Below, piece after piece: positions 52,109-62,978 of a stretch of 64,000 nt of DNA (within the stretch, counting starts at the first letter, position 1; each line of letters opens with the position of its first letter). Below the pieces are notes generated by a model. The model was not told the origin of the DNA and searched no databases. It was given only the letters and a program-made list of their open reading frames with translations. Made by a program: the position numbers and the translations under genes. The DNA is from an uncultured Alphaproteobacteria bacterium (GTDB lineage: Bacteria; Pseudomonadota; Alphaproteobacteria; SP197): positions 1,037,246-1,101,245 of the forward strand of contig OY282363.1 of NCBI GenBank assembly GCA_958295695.1, in the 5' to 3' direction.

Positions 52109-53125
52109 ATGGCTCAGCGACACGAGACCGACATCGTCGTCGTCGGGGCGGGGCCGGTCGGTCTCTTCCAGGTGTTCGAGGCGGGCATGCTCGACATGCG
52201 CTGCCACGTGGTCGACACCCTCGACGCCATCGGCGGCCAGTGCGTCGCGCTCTATCCCGAAAAGCCGATCTACGACATTCCGGGCTATCCCGTGATCGAG
52301 GCCGGCGACCTCATCCGCCGGCTCGAGCGGCAGGCCGCGCCCTTCGGTCCCGTCTACCACCTCGGCCAGCAGGTCGTGGCGCTCGAAGGCGAGGCCGGCG
52401 CCTTCACCGCGAGGACCTCGTCGGGGACCGCCATCTCGTGCAAGGCCGTCGTCATCGCCGCCGGGTGCGGCGCCTTCGGCCCCAACCGGCCGCCGCTCGC
52501 CGGCATCGAGGCCTTCGAGGAGTCGGGCGCCGTCGCCTACCTCGTCGCCCGCAAGGAGGACCACCGGGGCAAGAAGGCGGTGATCGCCGGCGGCGGCGAT
52601 TCCGCCGTCGACTGGGCGCTCGGCCTCCACGGCGTCTGCGAGACGATCGCGGTCGTCCACCGGCGCGACCGGTTCCGCGCCGCGCCCGAGAGCGTCAGGC
52701 GCCTGCGGGCGCTGGCGGACGCCGGCGAGGTGGAGCTCGTCGTGCCCTACCAACTCCATGCCTTGGAGGGCGAGAACGGCGCCTTGTCGGCGGTGGTCGT
52801 CGCCGATCTCGACGGCGCCCGGCGGCGTCTGGAGGCCGATCTCCTGCTGCCCTTCTACGGCCTGCGCATGGAGCTCGGCCCCATCGCCGGCTGGGGGCTG
52901 AACCTGGAGAAGAACCTCGTCGCCGTCGATCCCGCGACCTCGCGCACGAGCGCGCCCGGCGTGCATGCCGTCGGCGACATCGCCGCCTATCCCGGCAAGC
53001 TGAAGCTCATCCTCTCCGGCTTCTCGGAGACGGCGATGGCCGCCCACGACATCCACGACCTCGTCCACCCCGGCAAGCCGCTCCGCTTCGAATACTCGAC
53101 CACGCGAGGCGTGCCGGGGATCTGA
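52109..53125 (+). CDS. Ferredoxin-NADP+ reductase, TrxB-like type 2
   Basis: GAGPVG, GGQC..LYPEK.IYDIPG, GGGDSAVDW, YPGKLKLILSGF.E. Confidence 0.9.
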   Translation: MAQRHETDIVVVGAGPVGLFQVFEAGMLDMRCHVVDTLDAIGGQCVALYPEKPIYDIPGYPVIEAGDLIRRLERQAAPFGPVYHLGQQVVALEGEAGAFTARTSSGTAISCKAVVIAAGCGAFGPNRPPLAGIEAFEESGAVAYLVARKEDHRGKKAVIAGGGDSAVDWALGLHGVCETIAVVHRRDRFRAAPESVRRLRALADAGEVELVVPYQLHALEGENGALSAVVVADLDGARRRLEADLLLPFYGLRMELGPIAGWGLNLEKNLVAVDPATSRTSAPGVHAVGDIAAYPGKLKLILSGFSETAMAAHDIHDLVHPGKPLRFEYSTTRGVPGI

Positions 53126-53273
53126 AAAGGTCTTCCCCGACCTCCTTGCGCCGGTCGCCGCGCGGCCATCGCCCGACTCGCGGCCAGACGCCCACAGTGT
53201 TACAATCGCCGGCGACCCGGGAGAGCCGTCTTGGGGAAGTCCTTTCAAAACGCCATGTTCGGAGGAGCGAACC

Positions 53274-54395
53274 ATGTTCACACACGATCCCGTAGACCAA
53301 CTGCTGTCGGGCCGAATGGATCGGCGTACACTCGGCAGGACGCTCGGCTCGCTTGGCATCGGCGTCGCGGCCGTGCCGCTCGTCGCGCGGGAAACGAGGG
53401 CCGACGAGGAGGAGGTCAACTTCTTCACTTGGGCGGGCTATGAAAACCCCGTGCTCCATCAGAGCTACATCGACAAATACGGTAGCTCGCCCAGCATCGC
53501 GTTCTTCGGCGGCACCACCGAGGCCAAGAACAAGATTCTCGCAGGGTACAAGACCGACATCGGCCATCCCTGTTCGGGTGGCGTCACGGAATGGTATGCG
53601 TCCGGGATCATCGCGCCGTTCGATACCGGCCGAATGAAGCACTGGAACGACTACTTCGAGCCTCTCAGGAACATCGGCTCGACCCTTACGGCGGAAGGCG
53701 AAAACCTGTTCGTTCCATGGGACTGGGGCAATTCGTCGATCCTCTACCGCACCGACCTCGTGGACATCGAGGAAGAATCCTGGGGTCTGCTCTTCGACGA
53801 GCGCTACGAGGACAGGCTTGCGACCTACGATTCGCCGCAGGCCGGCGTGCAAGTCGCGGCCCAGGTGCTCGGCTTCACGAACCTCGAGTCGCTGAGCGAC
53901 GAGCAGCTCGTCGAGGTCAGGAAGCTCCTGGAGAAGCAGCGCTCGTTGCTGCGGTTCTATTGGGAAAGCCAGTCCGAGGCGGGCCAGGCCATGGTCTCCG
54001 GCGAGTTGGTCGCGACCTACGCCTGGAACGATCTCTACAAAACGGTTAGCGACCAGGGGATTCCGGTGAAGTACATGTCGCCCAAGGAAGGCGCGCGCAA
54101 CTGGGTCTGCGGGTTCGTGCTGACCAGCGCCGACAACCGCGTCGCCAGCGACGAGCGCGTCTACGATTTCCTCGACGCCATGATGTCGCCCGAAACCGGC
54201 GCCTTTCTGATCGACGAGTTCAGCTACGGTTCGGCCAACAGCAAGGCCTTCGACCTGGTTTCGCCCGAGCGCGTCGCCGAGGTCGGTCTGTCCGATCCCG
54301 AAGCCTTCCTCGCAAAGGGCATCCTGGCGCCCATTCCGCCCGAGTTCGACGAGAAGTACGTCAACCTGTGGGAACAGGTGAAGCTCGGCATGTAG
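53274..54395 (+). CDS. Polyamine-type (PotD/PotF-like) ABC substrate-binding protein, stand-alone
   Basis: Tat-like MDRR leader, FTWAGY, P.DWG..S, PKEG...W; no permease or ATPase adjacent. Confidence 0.8.
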   Translation: MFTHDPVDQLLSGRMDRRTLGRTLGSLGIGVAAVPLVARETRADEEEVNFFTWAGYENPVLHQSYIDKYGSSPSIAFFGGTTEAKNKILAGYKTDIGHPCSGGVTEWYASGIIAPFDTGRMKHWNDYFEPLRNIGSTLTAEGENLFVPWDWGNSSILYRTDLVDIEEESWGLLFDERYEDRLATYDSPQAGVQVAAQVLGFTNLESLSDEQLVEVRKLLEKQRSLLRFYWESQSEAGQAMVSGELVATYAWNDLYKTVSDQGIPVKYMSPKEGARNWVCGFVLTSADNRVASDERVYDFLDAMMSPETGAFLIDEFSYGSANSKAFDLVSPERVAEVGLSDPEAFLAKGILAPIPPEFDEKYVNLWEQVKLGM

Positions 54396-54498
54396 CGCAA
54401 GTGCGGCACACCGCCGGGCGGGCGCTTCGTGAGTCCGGCGGTGCGTTTCCGCCGCGTCGCCCGGACCTTCGCTTCCGCCGCGTCGCGGCGCGGGCCGT

Positions 54499-55523
54499 TC
54501 AGTAGCGGTATTCGTCCGGTTTGAACGGGCCTGTCCGGTCGACGCCGATGTAGCTCGCCTGACGGTCGGTCAGTTCGGTGAGCCTGACGCCGACCTTCTC
54601 CAGATGGAGCATGGCGACCCGCTCGTCGAGGCGCTTGGGCAGGACATGGACCCGCTTGCCGTAGGCGCCCGTGTCGCGGTGGCTCCACAGCTCGATCTGG
54701 GCCAGAACCTGGTTGGTGAAGCTCGCGCTCATCACGAAGCTCGGGTGGCCCGTCGCGCAGCCCAGGTTCACCAGGCGGCCCTCGGCCAGGAGGATGATCT
54801 TCTTGCCGTCGGGGAACTCGATCTCGTCGACCTGCGGCTTGACGTTCGACCACGTGAAGTTCCTGAGAGCCTCGACCTGGATCTCGTTGTCGAAGTGGCC
54901 GATGTTGCAGACGATGGCGCGGTCCTTCATGGCGCGCATGTGCTCGACGGTGATGACGTCGGTGTTGCCCGTGGCGGTGACGAAGATGTCGGCCCTCGGC
55001 GCGGCGTCCTCCATGGTGACGACCTCGTAGCCGTCCATGGCCGCCTGCAGCGCGCAGATCGGGTCGATCTCCGTCACCATCACCCGCGCCCCGGCGCCCC
55101 GCAGCGACTGGGCCGAACCCTTGCCGACGCCGCCGTAGCCCGCGACCGCGGCCACCTTGCCCGCCATCATCACGTCCGTCGCGCGGCGGAGGCCGTCGGT
55201 CAGGCTCTCCCGGCAGCCGTAGACGTTGTCGAACTTCGACTTGGTCACGGAATCGTTGACGTTGAAGGCCGGGACCCTGAGCTCGCCCCGCTCCGCCATC
55301 CGGTAGAGGCGCGCCACGCCGGTCGTGGTCTCCTCGCTGACGCCGTGGACGTTCTCCAGCAACTCCGGATACTTCTCGTGCATCGCGAGCGTGAGATCGC
55401 CGCCGTCGTCCAGCAGCATGTTGGGCGTCCAGCCGTCCGGGCCGCGGACCGTCCGGTCGATGCACCGCCAATACTCATCCTCGGTCTCGCCCTTCCAGGC
55501 GAAAACCGGAACGCCAGCGGCGA
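54499..55523 (-). pseudogene. ahcY: Adenosylhomocysteinase, 5'-truncated
   Basis: [46 protein letters not shown]; the N-terminal part with the HMT and SCN..STQD motifs is absent. Confidence 0.85.
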
Positions 55524-55729
55524 CTCCTGGACCGGACGATCGGGGCGATCGTGGAGGTGTCGACAGCCCGATGTCCGCTCGGGGCGACACCGTAAAGCCC
55601 TTGGTGAACGAGCCTCACGGACTATGGCGGTATCGGATCGGCGACGTCCGGCTCATCCATCGACCGGACGCCGGAACGCGCGCCGCCCGCTTCCTGGGCC
55701 TCAAGCCCGGGGCGGAAGCCTATGAGCAG
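55524..55729 (+). pseudogene. RelE/StbE-type toxin remnant
   Basis: [20 protein letters not shown]...GLWRYRIGD.RLI...AYE with a 1-bp frameshift near 55568; no start codon. Confidence 0.7.
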
Positions 55730-55946
55730 CCCGCCGGCCCCGCGCTCGCGGAAATCCGGGTTGCGGGTCGAGGCAACGGTCAAGAGATCGTCGGGCGCGG
55801 CGCGGCTGTCCCCTCGTTCCAAAACCGGACAGAACATCCGGTCCATCGACCGGTCGCATCGTCCGTTACCGACACCATGGCGCCAAGGCGGTTGTCCCCA
55901 CTCCGCCTCCATGCTAGCCAGCGCGCCGCTTCACCGAGCAGGCGAG

Positions 55947-56489
55947 ATGGCCGACGAGACCACGGACGCCCCGACTCCCGCGACCGCGCCGTCCGCCTCG
56001 GATGACCGACCGCAGCCCAGGCTGGCGCTGCACAGCCAGTTCCTGCAGGACATGTCCTTCGAGAATCCGCGGGGCGCCAAGGGTTTTGCCGACGCGGACG
56101 CGAAGCCGAAGGTCAAGGTCGACCTGAACGTGGATTCGCGCAAGCTCGGCGAGGCGCACTACGAGGTCGCGCTCAGGATCGCGGCCCATGCGACGATCGA
56201 GGAGGAACCCTGTTTCCTCGCCGAGATCGACTACCGCGGCGTCTTCTCGCTGACCGGCGTGGAGGAGAAGATCGTGCCGCGGGCGCTGCTGATCGAAGGT
56301 CCGCGCACCCTCTTCCCGTTCGCCCGCAGGATCCTCGCGGATGCGGTGCGCGACGGCGGTTTCCCGCCGCTCATGCTGGAGCCGGTCGATTTCGCCGGCC
56401 TCTACCGGCAACACGCGCCGCGCAGCGCGGACGAGGCGGGATCCGCGCCTAACCCGGCGCCGTCTCCAGATTCAGCGCGGCGGCCATGA
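55947..56489 (+). CDS. secB: Protein-export chaperone SecB
   Basis: Q...D.SFENP, YEV.L, LFPFAR, GGFPPL.L.P.DF..LY. Confidence 0.93.
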   Translation: MADETTDAPTPATAPSASDDRPQPRLALHSQFLQDMSFENPRGAKGFADADAKPKVKVDLNVDSRKLGEAHYEVALRIAAHATIEEEPCFLAEIDYRGVFSLTGVEEKIVPRALLIEGPRTLFPFARRILADAVRDGGFPPLMLEPVDFAGLYRQHAPRSADEAGSAPNPAPSPDSARRP

Positions 56490-58056
56490 GCGTGCGGGCG
56501 TAGCGCGTCCGCGGCGCCTCGAAGATGGCTTGGGCGCTACCGGTCTCGACGACCTTGCCGTCCTTCATCACGAGCACGTGGTGGCTCATGGCGCGCACGA
56601 CGCGGAGGTCGTGGCTGATGAAGAGGTAGGCGAGGTCGTGGTCGGCTTGGAGCCGGCGCAGGAGCTCCACGATCTGGGCCTGGACCGACATGTCGAGCGC
56701 GCTGGTCGGCTCGTCGAGCACGACGAAACGGGGGCGCAGCACCATGGCCCGCGCGATCGCGATGCGCTGGCGCTGTCCGCCGGAGAACTCGTGGGGATAG
56801 CGGTCCATCGTGGCGGGATCGAGCCCGACCTCCTCCATGGCCCGGCCGACCAGGCGCCGCCGTCCGGCGTCGCCGCCGCCCATGCCGTGGACCCGGAGGC
56901 CCTCGCCCACGATGTCCTTGATCGACATGCGCGGGCTCAACGACCCATAAGGGTCCTGGAAGACGACCTGCATCTCGCGTCTGAGCGGCCGCAGGTCCCT
57001 GAAATCCAGGCCCTGAAGACTTTTTCCGTCGAAGGCGATCCCGCCTTCGCTCGCGATCAGGCGCAGGATCGCCATGCCCAGCGTCGTCTTGCCCGAGCCG
57101 GATTCGCCGACCACGCCGACGGTCTCGCGGGGGCGGACCGCGATGTCGATGCCGTCGACCGCCTTGACATGGCCCACCGTGCGGCGGAGCACGCCGCGCC
57201 CGATGGGGAACCAGACCTTCAGCGCTTCGGTCTCCAGGAGCGGGGCGGCGCCGTCGGGCGCCGGATCGGGGACGCCCCCGGGTTCGGAGGCCAGCAGATG
57301 TTTCGTGTAGTCGTGCCGCGGGTCGTCGAAGACGTCGGCCACTTCGCCCTGCTCGACGATCAGGCCGTCGTTCATCACGCACACCCGGTCGGCGAAGCGG
57401 CGCACGATGGTGAGGTCGTGGGTGATGAAGAGGATGGCCATGCCCAGGCGCGCCTGGAGGTCCTTGAGAAGCTTCAGGATCTGGGCTTGCACGGTGACGT
57501 CGAGCGCCGTGGTCGGCTCGTCGGCGATCAGGAGATCCGGCTCGTTGGCGAGCGCCATGGCGATCATCACCCGTTGGCGCTGGCCGCCCGAGAGCGTGTG
57601 CGGAAAGTCCTTCAGCCGGCCCTTGATGTTGTCCAGGCCCACCAGATCGAGCAGCTCGCGCACCCGCGCCCGCGCGGCGCTCCGGCCCATGCCCTTGTGC
57701 AGCATGAGCGGCTCGGCGATCTGCTTCTCGATCGTGTGGAGCGGATTGAGCGATGTCATCGGCTCCTGGAAGATCATCGAGACCCGGTTGCCGCGCACGC
57801 CGCGCAGGGTCCGTTCGTCGGCCCCGACGATCTCCCGGCCGTCGAAGCGGATCGCGCCCGAGGGGTGGCTCGCCGCCGGCCTGGGCAGGAGCTGGAGCAC
57901 CGAAAGCGCCGTGACCGACTTGCCCGAGCCGGATTCGCCCACCAGCGCGAGCGTCTCGCCCTTCTCGATCGAGAAGCTCACCCCGCGCACCGCGTCGATG
58001 TGACGGCCCTCCACGGCGAACCGGACGGCGAGGTCGTGGACGTCGAGTAGGCTCAT
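56449..58056 (-). CDS. yejF: ABC transporter ATP-binding protein with two NBDs (YejF)
   Basis: Two GESGSGK and SGGQRQR motifs; last gene of the yej operon. Confidence 0.92.
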   Translation of the reverse strand: MSLLDVHDLAVRFAVEGRHIDAVRGVSFSIEKGETLALVGESGSGKSVTALSVLQLLPRPAASHPSGAIRFDGREIVGADERTLRGVRGNRVSMIFQEPMTSLNPLHTIEKQIAEPLMLHKGMGRSAARARVRELLDLVGLDNIKGRLKDFPHTLSGGQRQRVMIAMALANEPDLLIADEPTTALDVTVQAQILKLLKDLQARLGMAILFITHDLTIVRRFADRVCVMNDGLIVEQGEVADVFDDPRHDYTKHLLASEPGGVPDPAPDGAAPLLETEALKVWFPIGRGVLRRTVGHVKAVDGIDIAVRPRETVGVVGESGSGKTTLGMAILRLIASEGGIAFDGKSLQGLDFRDLRPLRREMQVVFQDPYGSLSPRMSIKDIVGEGLRVHGMGGGDAGRRRLVGRAMEEVGLDPATMDRYPHEFSGGQRQRIAIARAMVLRPRFVVLDEPTSALDMSVQAQIVELLRRLQADHDLAYLFISHDLRVVRAMSHHVLVMKDGKVVETGSAQAIFEAPRTRYARTLMAAALNLETAPG

Positions 58057-59093
58057 GACGGCATCTTCCTCGGATCGAAGGCGTCGCGCACCGCCTCGCC
58101 GATGAACGTCAGCAGGGAGAGCATCGCCGCGACCACGACGAACCCCGAGAACCCGAGCCACGGCGCCTGGAGGTTGTTGCGTCCCTGGTTGAGCAGCTCG
58201 CCCAGGGACGGCGAGCCGGGCGGCAGGCCGAAACCCAGGAAGTCGAGCGCGGTGAGCGTGGTGACCGAGCCGTTCAGGATGAAGGGCAGGAAGGTGAGCG
58301 TCGAGACCATGGCGTTCGGCAGGACGTGGCGCGCCATGATGACGCGGTCCGTCACGCCCAGCGCGCGGGCGGCGCGCACGTAGTCGAAATTGCGCGTGCG
58401 GAGGAACTCGGCGCGCACCAGGCCGACCAGGGCGGTCCAGGAGAAGAGCACCATGAGGCCGAGCAGCGTCCAGAAGCTCGGGATGATGACGCTCGCCAGG
58501 ATGATCAGGATGTAGAGCACGGGCACGCCGCCCCAGACCTCCAGCGCGCGCTGCGCCAACAGGTCGATCCAGCCGCCGTAGTAGCCCTGCACGGCGCCCG
58601 CCGCGATCCCGATGACGGAGGACGCCAGGGTGAGCGCGAGGCCGAACAGGACGGAGATGCGGAAGCCGTAGATCAGCCGCGCCGCGACGTCCCGGCCCTG
58701 GTCGTCGGTCCCCAGCCAGTTCTCGGCGGTCGGCGGCGAGGGGGCCGGCGTCGGCAGGTCGTAGTTGATGGTCCGGTAGCTGTAGGGGATGAGCGGCCAG
58801 ACGATCCAGCCGTCCTTCCCGGCGATCAGGTCCTGCACGAAGGGGTCGCGGTAGTCCGCCTCGGTCTCGAAATCGCCGTCGAAGGCGGTTTCGGGGTAGG
58901 CGACGAGGAAGGGCGCGTAAAGTCCGCCGTCGTACCGCACGAGGAGCGGCTTGTCGTTGGCGATCAGCTCGGCCGGCAGCGTGACGAGAAAGAGGACCAG
59001 GAACGCCCAGAACGACCAGTAGCCCCGCCGGTTGGCGCGGAAGTTCGAGAGCCTGCGCCGCGTGAGCGGATCGGAGGAGCGGAACGCCGTCAT
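58053..59093 (-). CDS. yejE: ABC permease YejE
   Basis: NRRGYWS, ELIANDKP, LGTDDQGRDV.AR. Confidence 0.92.
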   Translation of the reverse strand: MTAFRSSDPLTRRRLSNFRANRRGYWSFWAFLVLFLVTLPAELIANDKPLLVRYDGGLYAPFLVAYPETAFDGDFETEADYRDPFVQDLIAGKDGWIVWPLIPYSYRTINYDLPTPAPSPPTAENWLGTDDQGRDVAARLIYGFRISVLFGLALTLASSVIGIAAGAVQGYYGGWIDLLAQRALEVWGGVPVLYILIILASVIIPSFWTLLGLMVLFSWTALVGLVRAEFLRTRNFDYVRAARALGVTDRVIMARHVLPNAMVSTLTFLPFILNGSVTTLTALDFLGFGLPPGSPSLGELLNQGRNNLQAPWLGFSGFVVVAAMLSLLTFIGEAVRDAFDPRKMPS

Positions 59094-59154
59094 CGCCCCG
59101 CCCGCGCCGGGGAAGGAGACGGGAGGCGCGGTCCGCCGGGCGCGTCTCCCGCCA

Positions 59155-60255
59155 TCAGCCGACGTCCCGGCTCTCGAAGTCGATGCGCGGGTCGACCGCG
59201 ACATACATCAGATCGCCGATCAGGTTCATGACGAGTCCGAGCAGCGTGAAGATGTAGAGCGTCGCGAACATCACCGGGTAGTCGCGGTTGATCGCCGCCT
59301 CGTAGCCGAGCAGGCCCATGCCATCGAGCGAGAAGATGATCTCGATCAGCAGCGCGCCGGTGAACAGGATGCCGACGATGGCGCCGGGAAAGCCGGCGAT
59401 GATGATCAGCATGCCGTTGCGGAAGACGTGGCCGTAGAGCACGCGGCGCTCCGTCAGCCCCTTGGCGCGGGCCGTGATGACGTACTGGCTGCGTATCTGG
59501 TCGAGGAACGAGTTCTTCGTCAGCATCGTCAGCGTCGCGAAGCTGCCGATGACCAGCGCCGTCAGCGGCAGCGCCAGATGCCAGAAATAGTCGCCGATCT
59601 GCTGCAGCGTCGTCATGTCGTCGAAGCCGGGCGACACCAGTCCGCGCAGCGGGAAGAACTTCCAGTACGAGCCGCCGGCGAACAGCACCACGAGCAGGAT
59701 GGCGAAGAGAAAGCCGGGAATCGCGTAGCCCAGGATGATCGCGCCGCTGGTCCAGACATCGAACCGGCCGCCGTCGCGCCGGGCCTTGGCGATCCCCAGC
59801 GGAATCGAGACGAGGTAGACGATGACGGTCGTCCACAGCCCCAGGGAGATCGAGACCGGCATCTTCTCGACGATCAGGTTGACGACGGTTTCGCTGCGGA
59901 AGGCGCTCTCGCCGAAATCGAACGAGAGGTAGTTGCCCATCATCAGGAGGAGGCGCTCCACCGGGGGCTTGTCGAGCCCGTACATCTTCTCGAGCTCCTC
60001 GATGAAGCCTTCGGGCAGGCCCCGGGCGCCGCGGTAGAGGCTGTCGCCGTCGGCGCCCGCGCCGGCTGTCGCCGCGAGGTCGCTGCCGCTGCCCGACACC
60101 CGCGCCGTCGCGCCGACGTCCGTGCCCTCGATCTGGGCCAGGATGCGCTCGACCGGCCCGCCCGGCACGAACTGGACGATCGCGAAGTTGATCACCATGA
60201 TCGCGAACAGCGTCGGGATGACGAACAGCAGGCGCCGGACGATGTAGGCGAGCAT
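59155..60255 (-). CDS. yejB: ABC permease YejB
   Basis: MLAYI.RRLL..IPTL, PGGPVE, TKNSFLD, DPRIDFE. Confidence 0.92.
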   Translation of the reverse strand: MLAYIVRRLLFVIPTLFAIMVINFAIVQFVPGGPVERILAQIEGTDVGATARVSGSGSDLAATAGAGADGDSLYRGARGLPEGFIEELEKMYGLDKPPVERLLLMMGNYLSFDFGESAFRSETVVNLIVEKMPVSISLGLWTTVIVYLVSIPLGIAKARRDGGRFDVWTSGAIILGYAIPGFLFAILLVVLFAGGSYWKFFPLRGLVSPGFDDMTTLQQIGDYFWHLALPLTALVIGSFATLTMLTKNSFLDQIRSQYVITARAKGLTERRVLYGHVFRNGMLIIIAGFPGAIVGILFTGALLIEIIFSLDGMGLLGYEAAINRDYPVMFATLYIFTLLGLVMNLIGDLMYVAVDPRIDFESRDVG

Positions 60256-60277
60256 GGCTGGGAACCCCCGCGCCGTC

Positions 60278-62107
60278 CTACCGTTCTTCCGCTTCGAGCC
60301 TGGCCTCGAGCGCGGCTTCGCGCCCGGCGTCGATCCACCATGCGTTGAAGACGAGACCGTCGTCGGGCGTGACCCCGGGCCGGCCGAACTTGTCCCAATG
60401 GGCCACGCGGTCGTAGCGGATGTGCCAGTTGGGAATGACGTAGTGGCCCCAGCGCAGCACGCGGTCGAGGGCGCGCGCGGCGGCGACCAGCTCCTCCCGG
60501 TCGTCGGCGAAGACGATCTCCTCGACCAGGGCGTCGACCGCCGGGTCCGTGAGGCCCAGCGTGTTGCGGCTGCCTTCGATGCCGGCCATGGCGGAGGTCC
60601 AGTAGTCGCGCTGCTCGTTGCCCGGGGAGCGCGACTGGCCGAAGACGTCGACCGTGACGTCGAAATCGAAGGTCTCCATGCGCCGTTCGTACTGCGAGGC
60701 GTCGACGATGCGGACGTCGACCGCGACGCCGAGCCGTTCCAGGTTGCGCGCGAACGGTTGCACGATGCGCTCGAAGGCGGGCTGCACGATCAGGACCTCG
60801 AAGGCCATGACCTCGCCCTCCGGCCCCGTCAGCGCGCCATCCCGGATCGTCCAGCCGGCGTCCTCGAGCAGCGCCTTGGCCTTGCGCAACCGGTCGCGGA
60901 TGTTACCCGATCCGTCCGTCGTCGGCGGGATGTAGACCTCGCCGAACACCTCCTCGGGCAGCCGGTCGCGGAGCGGCTCCAGGAGCGCCGTTTCGGCCTC
61001 GTCCGGCGCGCCTTCCGCGGCGAGGTCCGAGTTGGAGAAGTAGCTCACCGTGCGGTCGTACTGGCCGTAGAACAGGTTCTCGTTGGACCACTCGAAGTCG
61101 AAGGCGTGGCCCAGCGCCTCGCGGACCCTGGCGTCCCGGAACAGCGGACGGCGCAGGTTGAAGATGAACGCCTGCATCCCGGTCGGCCGCGAATGGCCGA
61201 TCTCTTCCCTGACGATGAGGCCGTTGTCGAAATTGGGGCCGGTGTAGGCCGTGGCCCAGAGCTTCGAGTTGTTCTCCGTCCGGAAGTCGTACTCGTGGGC
61301 CTTGAAGGCCTCGAGCGCGATGTCGAAGTCGAGGTACTCGTCGTAACGGATGGTGTCGAAATTATGGAAGCCGACCTGCGCGGGAACGTTCGCGCCCCAG
61401 TAGTCGGCGACGCGGCCGTAGGTGATCGAGCGGCCGGGATCGACATCGACGACCTCGTAGGGACCGCTGCCGAGCGGCGGGTCCAGCGTCGTGGCGGCGA
61501 AGTCGCGGTCCTCGAACCAGTGCTTCGGAAGCACCGTCATCTGGCCCACGATCAGCGGCAGTTCCCTGTTGCCCGGCGCGTCGAACGTGAAGCGGACCCA
61601 GCCGTCGCCCTCGTCGGTCGCGGCCACGACGTTGGCGTAGTAGGCGGCGTAGTAGGGATGGCCCTCTGTGGTGAGCGTCTCGAAGGTCCATACCACGTCG
61701 CCGGCCGTGACCGGCATGCCGTCGTTCCAGCGCGCCTCGGGCCGCAGCTTGAAGGCGACCCAGGAGCGGTCCTCCGGCATGCGGACCGTCTCGGCGAGCA
61801 GGCCGTATTCGGAGAACGCCTCGTCGGCGGAGCTCTTGAGCAGCGTGTCGTAGACCGGGCCGAGGCCGGGCGCTGCCTGGCCCTTCAGGGTGAAGGGGTT
61901 GAGCGTGTCGAAACCGCCGAAGGACCAGAGCCTGACGTCGCCGCCCTTGGGCGCGTCGGGGTTGACGTAGTCGAAATGCGCGAACCCGGCGGGATACTTC
62001 AAATCGCCGTACATCGAGAGGCCGTGGCCCTCGTGGACGCCGCCGTCCTGGGCGGACGCGGGCGCGGCGAGAAGCAGGCCGGCGAGAAGGGCGGTCGGGA
62101 CGCGCAT
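60278..62107 (-). CDS. yejA: Extracellular solute-binding protein YejA
   Basis: H..SM.GD.KYP..F.HFDYVNP.APKGG, YGLLAE, ALDRVL. Confidence 0.92.
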   Translation of the reverse strand: MRVPTALLAGLLLAAPASAQDGGVHEGHGLSMYGDLKYPAGFAHFDYVNPDAPKGGDVRLWSFGGFDTLNPFTLKGQAAPGLGPVYDTLLKSSADEAFSEYGLLAETVRMPEDRSWVAFKLRPEARWNDGMPVTAGDVVWTFETLTTEGHPYYAAYYANVVAATDEGDGWVRFTFDAPGNRELPLIVGQMTVLPKHWFEDRDFAATTLDPPLGSGPYEVVDVDPGRSITYGRVADYWGANVPAQVGFHNFDTIRYDEYLDFDIALEAFKAHEYDFRTENNSKLWATAYTGPNFDNGLIVREEIGHSRPTGMQAFIFNLRRPLFRDARVREALGHAFDFEWSNENLFYGQYDRTVSYFSNSDLAAEGAPDEAETALLEPLRDRLPEEVFGEVYIPPTTDGSGNIRDRLRKAKALLEDAGWTIRDGALTGPEGEVMAFEVLIVQPAFERIVQPFARNLERLGVAVDVRIVDASQYERRMETFDFDVTVDVFGQSRSPGNEQRDYWTSAMAGIEGSRNTLGLTDPAVDALVEEIVFADDREELVAAARALDRVLRWGHYVIPNWHIRYDRVAHWDKFGRPGVTPDDGLVFNAWWIDAGREAALEARLEAEER

Positions 62108-62126
62108 CGCACACTCCTTCGGCGGG

Positions 62127-62978
62127 TCACGGGCGGAGGGCCCTATCGTAGCGGCCGCGCCGGTTTGCGCCAGCCGTTGGATCGAGGGGCTGCGGACCCC
62201 GGCGCGCCGGCGCGAGGCGTTCCAGCGCCGGCTCCAACAGGGCCGGATCGCCCACGGCCAGCAGGGTCCCATCGCTCGCGGGTCCCAAGGGGTCGCCGTT
62301 CCAGTCGGTGGCGCGTCCGCCGGCCGCCTCGACCAGGGCGGCGCAGGCGGCCCAGTCGTCCTCGCCCAGTTCGGCGTCGACGATGACGTCGATCAGGCCC
62401 GCGGCGAGCGAGCCGGGGTCCGAGACATCGGCGCCGAACAGGCACCGGCGGCATGCGCGCTGCAGCGGGCGCATGCGCGTCCACGACGCGCGGGCCACCG
62501 CGCCGGGCCCCGACGAGCTCGCGACCGCGTCCCCGAGACCGCGGCAGGGGCGCGTCGCGACCGGCGCGCCGTTGAGCGTCGCGCCGGCGCCGGCCACGCC
62601 CACCCAGCGGTCGCCCCGGGCGCTGTGGTCCGCGACGCCCAGGACATAGCGGCCGCCGCGCCGCAGGCCGATCAGCGTGCCGAACAGGGGAATGCCCGCG
62701 ACGTAGTATTTCGTGCCGTCGAGCGGGTCGATGGCCCAGACGAACTCGGCGTCGGCCTGGTGGTCGTCGCATTCCTCTCCGATCGCGCCGTCCTCGGGGC
62801 GCGCCGCCGCGACCATCTCGCGCAGGCGCCGTTCCACCGCGCCGTCGAGCTCGCTCACCGGGCTCGCGTCGTCCTTCATTCCGGTGGCGAACGCGCCGCG
62901 GAACCGTTCCATCAGCATGACGCGCGCCGTGTCGGCCATGGCGTGCGCCAGGGCGATGCGGTCGGGCGAGACGGTCAT
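62127..62978 (-). CDS. Inositol monophosphatase / HisN-like phosphatase (copy 2)
   Basis: K.D.SPV, IGEE, WAIDPLDGT, P.FGTLI, GG..TDW.G. Confidence 0.8.
   Translation of the reverse strand: MTVSPDRIALAHAMADTARVMLMERFRGAFATGMKDDASPVSELDGAVERRLREMVAAARPEDGAIGEECDDHQADAEFVWAIDPLDGTKYYVAGIPLFGTLIGLRRGGRYVLGVADHSARGDRWVGVAGAGATLNGAPVATRPCRGLGDAVASSSGPGAVARASWTRMRPLQRACRRCLFGADVSDPGSLAAGLIDVIVDAELGEDDWAACAALVEAAGGRATDWNGDPLGPASDGTLLAVGDPALLEPALERLAPARRGPQPLDPTAGANRRGRYDRALRP

Noticed and set aside
55730..55912. Short minus-strand ORF (MDRMFCPV...) and the N-terminal extension of the secB ORF
   Set aside because: No recognisable motif; SecB similarity starts at ATG 55947
56449..56489. 41-bp convergent overlap of secB and yejF
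   Set aside because: Short tail overlaps are common in GC-rich genomes
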